Part shown: positions 10,038-20,649 of the stretch, piece by piece
Layout: every line of letters starts with the position of its first letter
How positions within the stretch are numbered: position 1 is the first letter of the stretch
Source of the DNA: Marine Group II euryarchaeote MED-G38
GTDB taxonomy: Archaea > Thermoplasmatota > Poseidoniia > Poseidoniales > Thalassarchaeaceae
NCBI GenBank assembly: GCA_002457145.1
Contig: NTJP01000002.1
Location: forward strand, 33,583 to 97,582
Reading direction: 5' to 3'
DNA: 64,000 bases
The notes under the pieces: generated by a model
Databases searched by the model: none
What the model saw: only the letters and a program-made list of their open reading frames with translations
Told to the model about the DNA's origin: nothing
Translations under genes and position numbers: made by a program

Positions 10038-11726
10038 ATGACAAATGAGAGTAAGTATGGTGTACAGATTATTGCAGTAAAGCAGGAATGCCCAGAAGCA
10101 GAAGAAAATGAAATTAGTGAAGAATTTAGAAGATATGAAGAAGAGTTTTTGATCCCTCCAGAAGATGCTCTAAGGTCAGTAATCAGAAAATTTCAATTAG
10201 CATCAGGAAAAGAAATTTCAACTCCTTCTTCTCCTCAAAGAGTCGAGAAAAAAGTTACTCAGTTTTCAGAACTTGCTTCTGATGACAAAAATGTTACTCT
10301 TGAAGTTGCGGTAATATCTTATACTCCTAGGATGCAAATGGTGAGGGGCGAGGAAAAGCAAATCGCATTTGGTTGGATTGAGGATAATCCTTGGAAAGAA
10401 AGCAGTAAGAGAGAACGTTGGGACTTCAAAGATTGGGGCCAACATTCCGCAAACCTAAGCCCCGGCTCCACAGTCCGTCTTGAGGGAGTTTCTGTTAACG
10501 AATGGAATGATAAAAAATCCATAAATATTAATCGCTCGAGTAGAGTGACGGTCCTTAGCGAAGGCGATCCGAATATTGTCAAATCAATCAATGAACCAGT
10601 AGAAATTTCAGATCTAATAAAAAATGAAGGTTTTGGAAGTACTTTAGGCAGAATTATCTCTATAAAACCAGACTTAATAGTTAAAAAAGATGGTACAGGA
10701 ACTTTGGATATATTCAGAGGTAGAATTGCAGACTCAACTGGAAGCGTAGGTTTTTTATCCTGGGTGCCATTTAATTTTGAAATAGGCAATCTCATTAAAA
10801 TGGAGAATATATCGATTCGTAAATTCCGTGATACTCCAGAAATAAACATAAGTAATGATGCAAAAGTAGAAATTTATATTGATAACTCGTTCCCTCAAAT
10901 TGATGATTTAGTACATACAACTAAATCCAATATTTCTGAATTACGAAATGGTATGAGGGACATAAAAATTACAGTACAAATAGATTCATGGAGTCAACGA
11001 AAATTTACATCAGATGATGGCACTGAAAAAATAGTTCGTAGTGGCGACATCATCGACCCAAGCGGAAGGTGCCGCTTGACAGCTTGGTGTGATTTTAATC
11101 CAAATAAAGGTGATTTTGTTGAATTATCTGGTTCAAGAGTTCAGTATTGGCAAGGTTCACCAGATCTGGTCATTGACGACTTAAATCAAGTAAAAACTCT
11201 CAATAAACCACCTTGGGATGCGATAAATCCTGAAGATCACTGGGTAGAAGTAGGATTAGATGACCTTGTAAATGGAGGTTCAAGAAGAGGAATAAGCACA
11301 TCCGGAACTATAGTCTCGGTGAGGCAAGACTCTGGGATAATATATAGATGTCCTGAGTGTAGACGCGTCTTAAGGGACGATATCTGTTCCGAGCATGGTG
11401 CGGTTAATGGCAACGAAGACCTAAGACTCAGATTTGTTTTAGATAATGGAATTTCAAATGCTTCATTATTACTATCAAAAGAACCTTCAGAAGAATTTCT
11501 TTCAATGAATTTCGAAGAAATAAAGGAGCAAATTTCTATTTCTGGTAAAGATAATTTCTTATCATCATTACGAAATAAACTTTTTTCAAAGAAAGTTAAC
11601 ATAAAAGGTAGGGCTTTAGTAGACACGCAAGGTACAATGATTATTGCGGAAAAAATGTCCTTGTTCGATCATGATGTCGTGAATGAGGCCAATGAAATGA
11701 TGAATAAATGGGAGGTTATTTTATGA
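10038..11726 (+). CDS. rpa: replication protein A (ssDNA-binding protein) with multiple OB folds and a Zn ribbon
   Basis: 562 aa with several repeated OB-fold-like segments. A four-cysteine element (CPECRRV...CSEHG) lies in the C-terminal region, as in euryarchaeal RPA41-type proteins. Confidence 0.65.
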   Translation: MTNESKYGVQIIAVKQECPEAEENEISEEFRRYEEEFLIPPEDALRSVIRKFQLASGKEISTPSSPQRVEKKVTQFSELASDDKNVTLEVAVISYTPRMQMVRGEEKQIAFGWIEDNPWKESSKRERWDFKDWGQHSANLSPGSTVRLEGVSVNEWNDKKSININRSSRVTVLSEGDPNIVKSINEPVEISDLIKNEGFGSTLGRIISIKPDLIVKKDGTGTLDIFRGRIADSTGSVGFLSWVPFNFEIGNLIKMENISIRKFRDTPEINISNDAKVEIYIDNSFPQIDDLVHTTKSNISELRNGMRDIKITVQIDSWSQRKFTSDDGTEKIVRSGDIIDPSGRCRLTAWCDFNPNKGDFVELSGSRVQYWQGSPDLVIDDLNQVKTLNKPPWDAINPEDHWVEVGLDDLVNGGSRRGISTSGTIVSVRQDSGIIYRCPECRRVLRDDICSEHGAVNGNEDLRLRFVLDNGISNASLLLSKEPSEEFLSMNFEEIKEQISISGKDNFLSSLRNKLFSKKVNIKGRALVDTQGTMIIAEKMSLFDHDVVNEANEMMNKWEVIL

Positions 11727-12652
11727 TTTCAAACACTAGGGCCAAACGCCAAACGGCAATTAGGTTATTTGCTCAAGAATTTTCAGAATCAAATCTCACT
11801 GAGCAAGGTATGGGCGAATATGACCCTTCTTTTGTAATTACAAAACTAGGTATCAAAGTAAACAGGGCTTTGTTTTGTGGAGTAATCGATAGACTTGAAA
11901 AGAGAGAAGGAGATAATGGCCCTAGTTTTAATGGTCAATTAAGAGATCCGACCGGCGTCAATAGGTTCAATGTCGCCTCTTTCCAGCCAGAGTTACAACC
12001 AGAAATGGAAGAATTATTCGCAAGATTTGAATCTGGAGATAGATTTTTGATGGCTATCGTTGGTAAATCCAGATGGTTTGAAGGTGATGAGGGAGGTATT
12101 TTCACTTCATTTCGTGTTGAAGAGTTTACTGTAATAGATCAAGAATCATATATGAATTGGCTTATCGATACTTCAGATGCGACATTACGTAGACTAAAAT
12201 TTTATGAATTGTCATTGGACATGGAACTCAATAAAGACTCGATGATTTCGTCAGGAATGCCGATTGAATTAGTAGACGGAACAATATTAGCAAGACAACA
12301 CTATTCTAATGTCGATTCTGAAACTTACCGACTAGGAATCCTAAAAGCTCTTTCTAGGGCATCGGGAAGGATGGTTGATGAAACTTTAGAAAATGATAAT
12401 ATTGTCCTTGATAAAGATGAAATTACAGAACAAGTTAAAAATGATAAAACTGAAACTAACCCTGCAGATATTATTTTAGAAACTATAAAAAGATATGACA
12501 CAGGAATTGGTGTTGAATATGATAAACTTGTAGAATCTTGTACTCTTTCCGGAGTTTCCCGTGAAACTGCTGAAGATTGTATTGAAGATTTGAGAGACGT
12601 ACAAGGACAAATATTGGAACCTAGATTTGGCTTCTTTAGAATCTTAGAATAA
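11708..12652 (+). CDS. RPA-associated OB-fold protein (RPA32-like second subunit), putative
   Basis: Overlaps the rpa stop, so translationally coupled. Has an OB-fold-like N-terminal half and an acidic C-terminal region. The call rests mainly on gene context. Confidence 0.4.
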   Translation: MGGYFMISNTRAKRQTAIRLFAQEFSESNLTEQGMGEYDPSFVITKLGIKVNRALFCGVIDRLEKREGDNGPSFNGQLRDPTGVNRFNVASFQPELQPEMEELFARFESGDRFLMAIVGKSRWFEGDEGGIFTSFRVEEFTVIDQESYMNWLIDTSDATLRRLKFYELSLDMELNKDSMISSGMPIELVDGTILARQHYSNVDSETYRLGILKALSRASGRMVDETLENDNIVLDKDEITEQVKNDKTETNPADIILETIKRYDTGIGVEYDKLVESCTLSGVSRETAEDCIEDLRDVQGQILEPRFGFFRILE

Positions 12653-12662
12653 TTTTGGTAAA

Positions 12663-13595
12663 CTATTTTTCCTTCTTTAAAAAATCTTCTGAATCTTTCA
12701 TTTTCATCCTTATTCTATTTATCACTGGCTTTATTTCATATCGTAGGACTTTTTTATCACTTTCTAACTTATCTATTGATCCGCCCTTATTCTCTGCTAT
12801 ATCAGTAGCAACCAAAAGCAACCTCTCTCTTACTTTATTTTCATCAATCGGCCAACCTCTTCTTTCAATCAATCTAATCAGAAGATCTTTTTCTAGAACT
12901 CCCCACTTGCCTCCATATTCTCTCAATATTGTTCCAACCATACGTTCTAGCTCAGCAACCCTTGCTTGAATGGATAATAAATTACCTTGAACTATGGAAT
13001 TTTCTTTATCTATGTCCATAATCATTAATTCCTTTGCATCTTCCAAATATGCCGTAGAAATATCTTCATCAAATTTCTCGATGGTCATACTTTCTTTTTT
13101 TTCATCTATCTTGTCATGTGTTTCAAAATCTATATTAATTTCTTGAATTCCATTCCTGTGTAGGCTACGTTTTATTCTCCCCCATCCTTTAGATTGATTT
13201 GTCAAAACTCCCGCTACCCTTCCCATTAATATTGTTCTAGTCCCACTCATTGGCATCTCAAGTCTACGGCATAATTCATGTAATGTATCTTTATCCATTT
13301 CCACCAATCTTTCTAGCGTCATTCTTCTTGAGTCATAATTTAGATGTAACCATATTCTTCGTCTACGTTCTTTGTGAGAGCCAGAAGATTTTATTCCAAA
13401 TATTTTTAATATTTCACCAAGTTTCTTATGAGGAATAGCTTGTATTCCTTCCCAACTAAAATCTATTTCTGATAGTATTTTTTCCTTAATTATCCTTGCT
13501 CTCAGAACTTCAACAGAGCCACTTTTTTGAATTCCTTCCTTTTCAGCAATTTCTCTTAACTCAACAAGACTACTTTTGTAAAGTAAATTTAGCAA
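12663..13595 (-). CDS. hypothetical protein with N-terminal SAP-like motif
   Basis: LYKSSLVELREIAEKEGIQKSGSVEVLRARI resembles a SAP DNA-binding motif. The rest is charged and helical. Confidence 0.4.
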   Translation of the reverse strand: MLNLLYKSSLVELREIAEKEGIQKSGSVEVLRARIIKEKILSEIDFSWEGIQAIPHKKLGEILKIFGIKSSGSHKERRRRIWLHLNYDSRRMTLERLVEMDKDTLHELCRRLEMPMSGTRTILMGRVAGVLTNQSKGWGRIKRSLHRNGIQEINIDFETHDKIDEKKESMTIEKFDEDISTAYLEDAKELMIMDIDKENSIVQGNLLSIQARVAELERMVGTILREYGGKWGVLEKDLLIRLIERRGWPIDENKVRERLLLVATDIAENKGGSIDKLESDKKVLRYEIKPVINRIRMKMKDSEDFLKKEK

Positions 13596-13710
13596 TTTTA
13601 TATCTACAATCAGTATTACTCCTCAAGTACTCGCCCAATGTCTTGACTGATATTGCTTACGCTATTTATTCAATAAATAACCTATTTTACAGCCTGTTAA
13701 TTATTATTCA

Positions 13711-14793
13711 TTATTCTTTCAAATTGATAAAAGCCTTGGCTGTTTCATCGTAATAAGAATCTTTTGGTATTTCTTGAGAAACTTCTTTTAATATCACTTC
13801 CCAATCCCTAATTAATGAAATAGTTGCATATTCATATTTTGAATAAGGTATGACTCTATGAATTCCTACTGTCCTCTTTCCATTTTTGGAAATTTTTTCA
13901 ATTTTTACTTCTACATGGACCTCGGATTCTAAAACTTCCCCTTCAGAATCATGACATGCCTGCTCCAACGTCAAATCTTTGTATTTTTCAGCCTCTTCCA
14001 TCAGTGACTTTACCTTTCTGTGTCTGACTAAAATAGCTGTATTTGCTAATTCTTCAAAATCTAAACTACCTAATATTTGATTTTGAACCCACCAAATAGT
14101 TTCTCCTTCTTTTTCACTAATACTCCTGATTAATGATTTTGGTGAACTTTTTCTAGTTAATAGTATTATCAAATCTGAGTAAGGTAATGGTAAGAAAATA
14201 TTTCCACCTCCTTCTTTAGGATCTGGAAGTAATGTATGCCTTCTTCCATTTAAATTAAGTTTCATAAAAACTTCTTTGGATGCGATGAAACCATCTATTT
14301 TACCTAATTTTCTCTGATTCTCCATCCATTCAAATTTTTCATTTTCACTTGAATGTGTATCGTTGATATTTTGTATCGATTTGTATGCTTCGACACTTAA
14401 TATACGTAAATCATTACGAGCCCTCCTCATTTGTCTTCTGATTACTTTTTGTTCACAAAGAATTATTGCAGATTTAGGCTGATAATCAATTTTATTTTCA
14501 GAAATTAATACCATATTTGGCCTTCGAGGGGTAATCGCGCCAGAAACATGGCATTCATATTGTAACATTTCTATTTCTCTTCCGTGAAGCATCTCAGCCG
14601 TCATGGCAATTACATCATATACTCCTTCGCTGAGATTTCTGATACAAGATGAAAAATCTGTTCCAATTTCTATTTTATTATTAATATTATTTTTTTCGTT
14701 TGATTGTTTAATTCTATTTATTACGTTTTCTATGTCGGTATGGGGTGAATCCAATGTAACAATTTTTATTTTGTTTTTCAAGGCAACCACCAC
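13711..14793 (-). CDS. porphobilinogen deaminase (HemC)-like protein, divergent
   Basis: Colinear similarity to HemC blocks: IKIVTLDSP / LRIATRQSP, IEIGTD / MVTRGD, DVIAMTAEML / DIAVHSMKDVP, IILCEQKVIRRQ / GTSSLRRQ. Several otherwise conserved residues are substituted. Confidence 0.35.
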   Translation of the reverse strand: MVVALKNKIKIVTLDSPHTDIENVINRIKQSNEKNNINNKIEIGTDFSSCIRNLSEGVYDVIAMTAEMLHGREIEMLQYECHVSGAITPRRPNMVLISENKIDYQPKSAIILCEQKVIRRQMRRARNDLRILSVEAYKSIQNINDTHSSENEKFEWMENQRKLGKIDGFIASKEVFMKLNLNGRRHTLLPDPKEGGGNIFLPLPYSDLIILLTRKSSPKSLIRSISEKEGETIWWVQNQILGSLDFEELANTAILVRHRKVKSLMEEAEKYKDLTLEQACHDSEGEVLESEVHVEVKIEKISKNGKRTVGIHRVIPYSKYEYATISLIRDWEVILKEVSQEIPKDSYYDETAKAFINLKE

Positions 14794-14847
14794 AGGAGAG
14801 GGAGTACATACTGTACTCGTTCAATCCGTATACACACTTGTTGATAT

Positions 14848-15858
14848 ATGCGACCCCTAGCAGTTAGAGTGAAGGACATGGAAACAGAGTATTTTACTAA
14901 TCCTAATTTATCTGCAATCAAAAATCGTTTTGATGATGCTTTAGAAGAATTAGTACTTGAGAAGTTATCGGATGAGGAAGCACCTGCTATGTCTCTTGCA
15001 AGAGACATACTTCTTTCCGGGGGTAAAAGATTTCGCCCTGTATTGGCATTATTAGCACATGAAGCTGCTGGAGGGAATGATGATTCAATGATTATGGACT
15101 TGGCTCTTGCTTCAGAAATAATACATACAGCAACATTAATCCATGATGATATTTATGACCAGTCTAAAACAAGAAGAGGTATGCCCACTTTGCATACTAG
15201 CCATGGACTATCTCATGCCATTATTGCCGGAGATTATTTATTTGTAATTGGTTTTTCATTAGGAGGGAGATATGACAATATAATAGTTGAGAAATTAGGT
15301 AAATCTGCCGCTAATTTAGCATCAGGAGAATTGCTACAATTCGAGCATATAGGAAATTTTAGCACAACTCCCGAAGATTACTACGCTATTGTTGATGGAA
15401 AAACAGCAGGACCTTTCGCCTCCGCCTGTGCTTGTGCCGGAATAATTGCAGGTGCAAATAATCAAATTATTAATTCATTAGAGACTTTTGGTATAGAAAT
15501 AGGACGAGCATTTCAATTAGTAGATGATTTATTAGATCTTACAGGTGCTCCTTCAATGGGAAAACCACGAGGTACGGATGTTCATGATGGTAAAATGACA
15601 CTACCATTAATACACGCATTAACATTACTTTATGGTCCAGAAAGAGAACAGTTAGAAGATATTTTGAATAATTTTAGTGATGACAGATGGCAAGAATTAA
15701 CAGTTTTATTGAATAAGTCCAATTCATTAAATTATGCCAGACAGTTGATTAATAATCATATTAATAGAGCATTGGATAGTCTGAATACACTTCCAGATTC
15801 AAAGGCTAAGAGCATGATGATGGAAATCGCGATAGAATCCCAAAATAGAAAATTATGA
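14848..15858 (+). CDS. idsA: polyprenyl (geranylgeranyl) diphosphate synthase
   Basis: First aspartate-rich motif LIHDDIYDQSKTRRG and second motif FQLVDDLLD are both present. Confidence 0.9.
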   Translation: MRPLAVRVKDMETEYFTNPNLSAIKNRFDDALEELVLEKLSDEEAPAMSLARDILLSGGKRFRPVLALLAHEAAGGNDDSMIMDLALASEIIHTATLIHDDIYDQSKTRRGMPTLHTSHGLSHAIIAGDYLFVIGFSLGGRYDNIIVEKLGKSAANLASGELLQFEHIGNFSTTPEDYYAIVDGKTAGPFASACACAGIIAGANNQIINSLETFGIEIGRAFQLVDDLLDLTGAPSMGKPRGTDVHDGKMTLPLIHALTLLYGPEREQLEDILNNFSDDRWQELTVLLNKSNSLNYARQLINNHINRALDSLNTLPDSKAKSMMMEIAIESQNRKL

Positions 15859-15888
15859 GCTTTTTTAGAATCTAATGGCGGTACTAAT

Positions 15889-16989
15889 ATGGTTAAAGAT
15901 AAATTATGGGACCTAGTAATTATTGGTGGTGGCCCTGCTGGGAGTACTACAGCTAGGTTTGCAGCAAAAAATGGCCTTAGTGTTCTCGTAGTTGACGGCC
16001 GCGAATCAATAGGTGAACCATTACAGTGCGGAGAATTAGTACCTTCGAATAATGAGATGAAACGGCTATGCCCAGATGTTCCGGATATAGATGAACTGTT
16101 TAAAACACCGGCTAATGTTATTTCTCAACACACTTCGGAAATGTACTTGGTTCCTCCATCTGGAAAGCCCCTAAAATATAATTTTGAAGGCTATATGCTA
16201 AACAGAGTTAAACATGATCAAGAATTAGTAAGTCTTGCAAAATCACATGGTGCTGAATTTTTGACAGGTAAAAGAGTTCAAGACATTACAGATAACTCTG
16301 TTATTTTGAAAGATGGTTCTAAAATTAATGCTAAGATAATAGTTGGTGCTGGAGGGCATAATGACCCATTGAGGAAAAAATATTGGGATGTCAAGTCTCT
16401 TAATATCCCTGTTAAATTTGTCCTTATGGATGGCGACTTTTCGAATGCTGTTGAACTACATTTTGGGTCCGTTGCACCCGGCGGATATGCTTGGGTTTTT
16501 CCAAAAGAAGGAGGGGCCAATATAGGCCTAGGAATACAAAGAAAATTCGCCAAAGGACAGAGTTTGAATATATTCGCGGATAAGTTTATTTCACAATACC
16601 AAGGAAATATTAGTTTCAAGGGAGCAGGTTCTTTGCCCATGTCTGGAACAATCGAATCCTTTGTGAAGGGTAATTATTTATTGGTAGGAGATTCAGCAGG
16701 CATGGTTTTACCATCAAATGGGGCAGGAATAACAATTGCTATGATTGGTGGAAGAATAGCTGGAGAAGTTATATCCGAACATATAAAATTTGGTACATCT
16801 CTATCGGAATATGAGAAAAGATGGAAATTTCAGATGGGCAATGTGATGAGAAATTCTCAAAGATCATTCAAACTAGGTAGTATTTTATTCAGATTGCCCG
16901 ATTGGATTATAAATATCATTTTTAATAGAATAACAAAACCATTTATATGGAATGCTATTACCTGTAGGCCGCTACTCAAAATCTTTTGA
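15889..16989 (+). CDS. geranylgeranyl reductase family (digeranylgeranylglycerophospholipid reductase)
   Basis: N-terminal FAD-binding WDLVIIGGGPAGSTTAR. Also GDSAG and GAG blocks typical of archaeal GGR. Confidence 0.8.
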   Translation: MVKDKLWDLVIIGGGPAGSTTARFAAKNGLSVLVVDGRESIGEPLQCGELVPSNNEMKRLCPDVPDIDELFKTPANVISQHTSEMYLVPPSGKPLKYNFEGYMLNRVKHDQELVSLAKSHGAEFLTGKRVQDITDNSVILKDGSKINAKIIVGAGGHNDPLRKKYWDVKSLNIPVKFVLMDGDFSNAVELHFGSVAPGGYAWVFPKEGGANIGLGIQRKFAKGQSLNIFADKFISQYQGNISFKGAGSLPMSGTIESFVKGNYLLVGDSAGMVLPSNGAGITIAMIGGRIAGEVISEHIKFGTSLSEYEKRWKFQMGNVMRNSQRSFKLGSILFRLPDWIINIIFNRITKPFIWNAITCRPLLKIF

Positions 16990-17751
16990 TATTGGCACTT
17001 TACCAGTCCAAATTGTTGCCATACCGGGAAAAATTACCTTACCGGTTACATTTTCAAATCCTTCCTCAGTCATCATTTTTGTATATTTTTTAGTCGTTCC
17101 AAAATTAATATACGTTTTGGTCAACCATTTCCATGGGTGTTCTTTTTGTTTACACACTACTCGCGCATAAGTTCCTACCCAATATTTCATCCAAAAATGA
17201 CCTAAAAAGCCATGTATAAAATTTATTTTAGCTGGATCGACAATCATCAATGTACCTCCTGGTTTCAAAACACGCCTAACTTCTGAAAGTCCTTTTCTTT
17301 TATCATACCAATCTCGAAAAGAGAAGAGCGTGCAAACCATATCAAATTTATCATTCTGAAATGGTAAATCTTCAGCAGTCCCTTGTATAAATTCAGCTCT
17401 CGAATCTCCTCTTTCATCGCGTTTTTTATCAACTCTAATTTTAGCAATTCTTAGCATTTCTGGAATTGGATCTAAACATACTAATTTTTTTCCTTCTACA
17501 TCCTCTGCAAAACTTCCTGGCCCACACCCAACTTCCAATATCAAACCATTATCAGGTAATTTTTTTCGTACTATTCTCCTCCACCTTGAAACTTGACCAA
17601 GTGTCGCGAAACGATTAATTTTATCATATACAGGTATTGTCGCTTCAAGATTTTTTTGAAGTTCACTCCAATCTTCTACGCCAATGATTTCAGAATCCAT
17701 AATCCATCGCGAAAGTAACAAGTATTTGGTAAGTACTGATTCAAACGTCAC
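16972..17751 (-). CDS. class I SAM-dependent methyltransferase (UbiE/MenG-like)
   Basis: LEVGCGPGSF SAM-binding motif I, with downstream motifs consistent with the UbiE/COQ5 family. Confidence 0.7.
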   Translation of the reverse strand: MTFESVLTKYLLLSRWIMDSEIIGVEDWSELQKNLEATIPVYDKINRFATLGQVSRWRRIVRKKLPDNGLILEVGCGPGSFAEDVEGKKLVCLDPIPEMLRIAKIRVDKKRDERGDSRAEFIQGTAEDLPFQNDKFDMVCTLFSFRDWYDKRKGLSEVRRVLKPGGTLMIVDPAKINFIHGFLGHFWMKYWVGTYARVVCKQKEHPWKWLTKTYINFGTTKKYTKMMTEEGFENVTGKVIFPGMATIWTGKVPISKDFE

Positions 17752-17833
17752 AAATTTAAATGATTAAATGAACTCCTCTATCGGTTATTATCATAAACTA
17801 ATTTTATGTCGCTCACTCATCCCGGTGCAGAGT

Positions 17834-18148
17834 ATGGCAAGAAAAAAAGTTTTACGCGCAATAAAAGATGCTGAAAAAGCGGCTTCCGAAACTTTATCTA
17901 ATGCAAAAAAAGAGGCAGCATCGATAATCTCACAGGCTCGTCAAAATGCTTCTGAAATTTTAAACTCAGAACGATCCAATTCTGATTCTACCAATCAAAA
18001 TATGTTATCTAAAGCGCGGGAATCTGCCAATTCTGAAGCAAAATTAGTTTCAGATGATGGAAGTCTAGCCGAAAAGAATGTGCATGATTCAGGTAAGAAA
18101 AATCGAGCAAAAGCGGAAAAATTAGTAATTGATGCTTTCAAAAATTAA
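17834..18148 (+). CDS. atpH: A-type ATP synthase subunit H
   Basis: Small, charged, coiled-coil protein (AEKAASETLSNAKKEAASII...) immediately upstream of atpI. The start is taken at the internal Met (MARKK...) of ORF 17768..18148. Confidence 0.65.
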   Translation: MARKKVLRAIKDAEKAASETLSNAKKEAASIISQARQNASEILNSERSNSDSTNQNMLSKARESANSEAKLVSDDGSLAEKNVHDSGKKNRAKAEKLVIDAFKN

Positions 18149-18173
18149 ACATTAAGTTTGGAGATGAAGTCAC

Positions 18174-20255
18174 ATGTCACAGGTCCATACTCAAAAAATG
18201 GGCCGTTTAATTGCAGCAGGAAGTAAAGATAAACTAGAAGAGTTGATAGATTGTTTGGCGAATCTAAACGCACTTCATATTATAGAATATGATGGTTTAG
18301 AAGATGGTTTCAAACTCGGCTCTCCAAAAGAAGAAGCAGAAATAGTAGGTAAGCGTTTGAATAAACTTCGTTCTGCAGCTTCCATAGTTGAAGGAAAGAG
18401 CCCTAAAAAACCAATCTCTGTTGAAAAAATTCGATCAGAATTGCATAATTCTTTGCCCGATGCAGTAGAATTATTACTCGAAAAAAGTACAAGATTGGAT
18501 TTACTTGAAAATAAAATCTCCTCCCTTTCTGAAAATAAAATATTCTTGGAACTAATATCTTCATTAGATTTAGACGTTGAGTTACTTTCAGGTTACGAAA
18601 ATATTTCCTCATTCGTTGGAACTGTATCAGATTTGACTCTTCTCGATGATATTGATCAAGATAATCTAATTTTCACAGGGCAATTTAAAAGATCAAATGT
18701 AATAGCACTCTTTGTTAAAAATGAAGACTCGAGTTCAATCCAATCTATATTAAATGCATGTGGTTTTCAAGCAATAAGTATCTTAGAAAATTTACATGGT
18801 AATCCTGGGCATTTACTTTCTGAAATTATGGAAAATATAATTACTTTAGAATCAGAAAAATCATCTATAATTAAAGATTTAGAATTGTGGAATAATGAAT
18901 TTGGGGTTTCATTAATATGTGGTTTGGAGTTACTAGAAAGAGAGCACGATATCTTGACTGCACCCGTTAAAATTGCAGTTTCGAATCACGCCTTTTTGGT
19001 TGACGGTTGGATTGAAATGTCTAGATCCGAAGAGGTAGAAAATGCCCTTTTAGATTGTTGCATATTTACTGAAATATCACCTTTCAAAATTAAAGCAGGA
19101 GAGGGAGGGCATGGACATTCAGATCATTCTCACAATCAAAAAATGCCACCTATTGCATATCAAAATAGGAACTTATCCAAACCAATGGAATTACTCACTG
19201 ATGCCGTCGGTCGCCCAGCATATGGCAGGATAGATCCTACTCTCTTCATGTTTGTAACATATCCTATCTTCTTTGGAATGATGTTAGGCGATATGGCATA
19301 TGGAATTATCACAATGTCTCTTGGGGCATTTATTATGGGTAAATCAGGATCTAATAATTTAATGAACTTGGGCGGTAAATTCCTCATCTATATCGGACTC
19401 GGTACATTTGTTTTTGGCTATCTATACGCTGAATTCGCAGGATGGGAGATATTCCCTCATGGCCATAGTAATCCAGCAGAGGTACTTTCTATTTTTTATC
19501 CTCCTGTAGATTCTCATGGTTCCGTATGGCATCATTCATACCCATTCGGCATAGAGTTAGCTTATCCATTCCACAGAGTTGTGTTAGTTGAGGATCACGG
19601 AAATCTTGAGCACCTGGTTCTTTTGACTATTTACTTAGGTTTGATTCATATCTTATTTGGCCGCTTGATAGGTTTCCGAGATGTAATGTTTTATGGTACT
19701 GATCATGGTCACATAGGATTCTTTGCAGCATTTTTTGAGCATGGTGTTTGGATAATATTATTGATAGGAGGATTCTTATTTTCATACGGATTTTTAGGGC
19801 CTAAAGAAGCAGAATATATGATGTTGCCTGGAATGTTTATCGCAATATCTGCAGTAATATTATTGATTTGGACCTTATTCAAATATCATGGCATCCCATT
19901 GGCTATTAGTTTAATACTCGCTCCAATAGAAGCGATAGGAATGATGCCTTCAGTGATATCTTATGTTCGTCTTTTTGCCGTAGGAGTAGTTGGAGTAAAA
20001 ATTGCAGAAACAGGAAATATTAAACTTTTTGAACCAATGGTTCATGCTATTGAACATAGCGAATTTTTAGTAGTTCCATTTTTACTAATTGGATGGTTAG
20101 CAGTTCAATTCTTTGCATGGGGGCTAGGTGTCTTTAGTCCAAATATTCATGCAGCCAGACTTCATTTTGTAGAATGGATGAGGCAGTATTATGATTCTAG
20201 CGGAGAGGAATTTTCACCTTTCGGTTTCCGCTCGCACCACGTGGAGGTCGAGTGA
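18174..20255 (+). CDS. atpI: A-type ATP synthase subunit I (a-subunit)
   Basis: 693 aa. The N-terminal half is soluble and the C-terminal half is multi-TM. Position in the atp operon fits. Confidence 0.85.
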   Translation: MSQVHTQKMGRLIAAGSKDKLEELIDCLANLNALHIIEYDGLEDGFKLGSPKEEAEIVGKRLNKLRSAASIVEGKSPKKPISVEKIRSELHNSLPDAVELLLEKSTRLDLLENKISSLSENKIFLELISSLDLDVELLSGYENISSFVGTVSDLTLLDDIDQDNLIFTGQFKRSNVIALFVKNEDSSSIQSILNACGFQAISILENLHGNPGHLLSEIMENIITLESEKSSIIKDLELWNNEFGVSLICGLELLEREHDILTAPVKIAVSNHAFLVDGWIEMSRSEEVENALLDCCIFTEISPFKIKAGEGGHGHSDHSHNQKMPPIAYQNRNLSKPMELLTDAVGRPAYGRIDPTLFMFVTYPIFFGMMLGDMAYGIITMSLGAFIMGKSGSNNLMNLGGKFLIYIGLGTFVFGYLYAEFAGWEIFPHGHSNPAEVLSIFYPPVDSHGSVWHHSYPFGIELAYPFHRVVLVEDHGNLEHLVLLTIYLGLIHILFGRLIGFRDVMFYGTDHGHIGFFAAFFEHGVWIILLIGGFLFSYGFLGPKEAEYMMLPGMFIAISAVILLIWTLFKYHGIPLAISLILAPIEAIGMMPSVISYVRLFAVGVVGVKIAETGNIKLFEPMVHAIEHSEFLVVPFLLIGWLAVQFFAWGLGVFSPNIHAARLHFVEWMRQYYDSSGEEFSPFGFRSHHVEVE

Positions 20256-20300
20256 TATTACATTCCAAGCTTAAGGCTTAGATAAAATGGAGGAAAAAAT

Positions 20301-20603
20301 ATGAATAATAAAAATAAAATGAGAGGAATGAGTATGTTATTGACACTATCGTCAATTGTGATGATTGCAACTAGCGTACAAGCTGAAGCAAATGAAAGTA
20401 CAGTAGAAGCATATGGTAAGTTAGGAGCAGGTATTGCTCTAGGTTTAGCAGGAATTGGGACTGGCTTAAGCCAAGGACCAATAGGTGCTGCTGCTGTAGG
20501 AATGATCGCTGAAGATAGTAGTAAGTTCGTTAATGGACTAATCTTCACAGCATTGCCTGAAACAATTGTACTTTTTGGATTTCTTGCATTATTCTTGCTC
20601 TAA
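20301..20603 (+). CDS. atpK: A-type ATP synthase proteolipid subunit K (c-subunit)
   Basis: GAGIALGLAGIGTGLSQGPIGAAAVGMIAEDS then a second helix carrying PETIVLFGFLALFLL (Glu carboxylate). Operon position fits. Confidence 0.85.
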   Translation: MNNKNKMRGMSMLLTLSSIVMIATSVQAEANESTVEAYGKLGAGIALGLAGIGTGLSQGPIGAAAVGMIAEDSSKFVNGLIFTALPETIVLFGFLALFLL

Positions 20604-20649
20604 GCAGAATTTTGTGTTTTATCCATAATTTAAAACTGAGGTATAATTA

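Noticed and set aside
10319-10849. 176 aa minus-strand ORF
   Set aside because: Antisense within the rpa gene. No motif.
12655-12969. 104 aa plus-strand ORF
   Set aside because: Overlaps the 3' end of the SAP-like gene on the opposite strand. Hydrophobic low-complexity translation.
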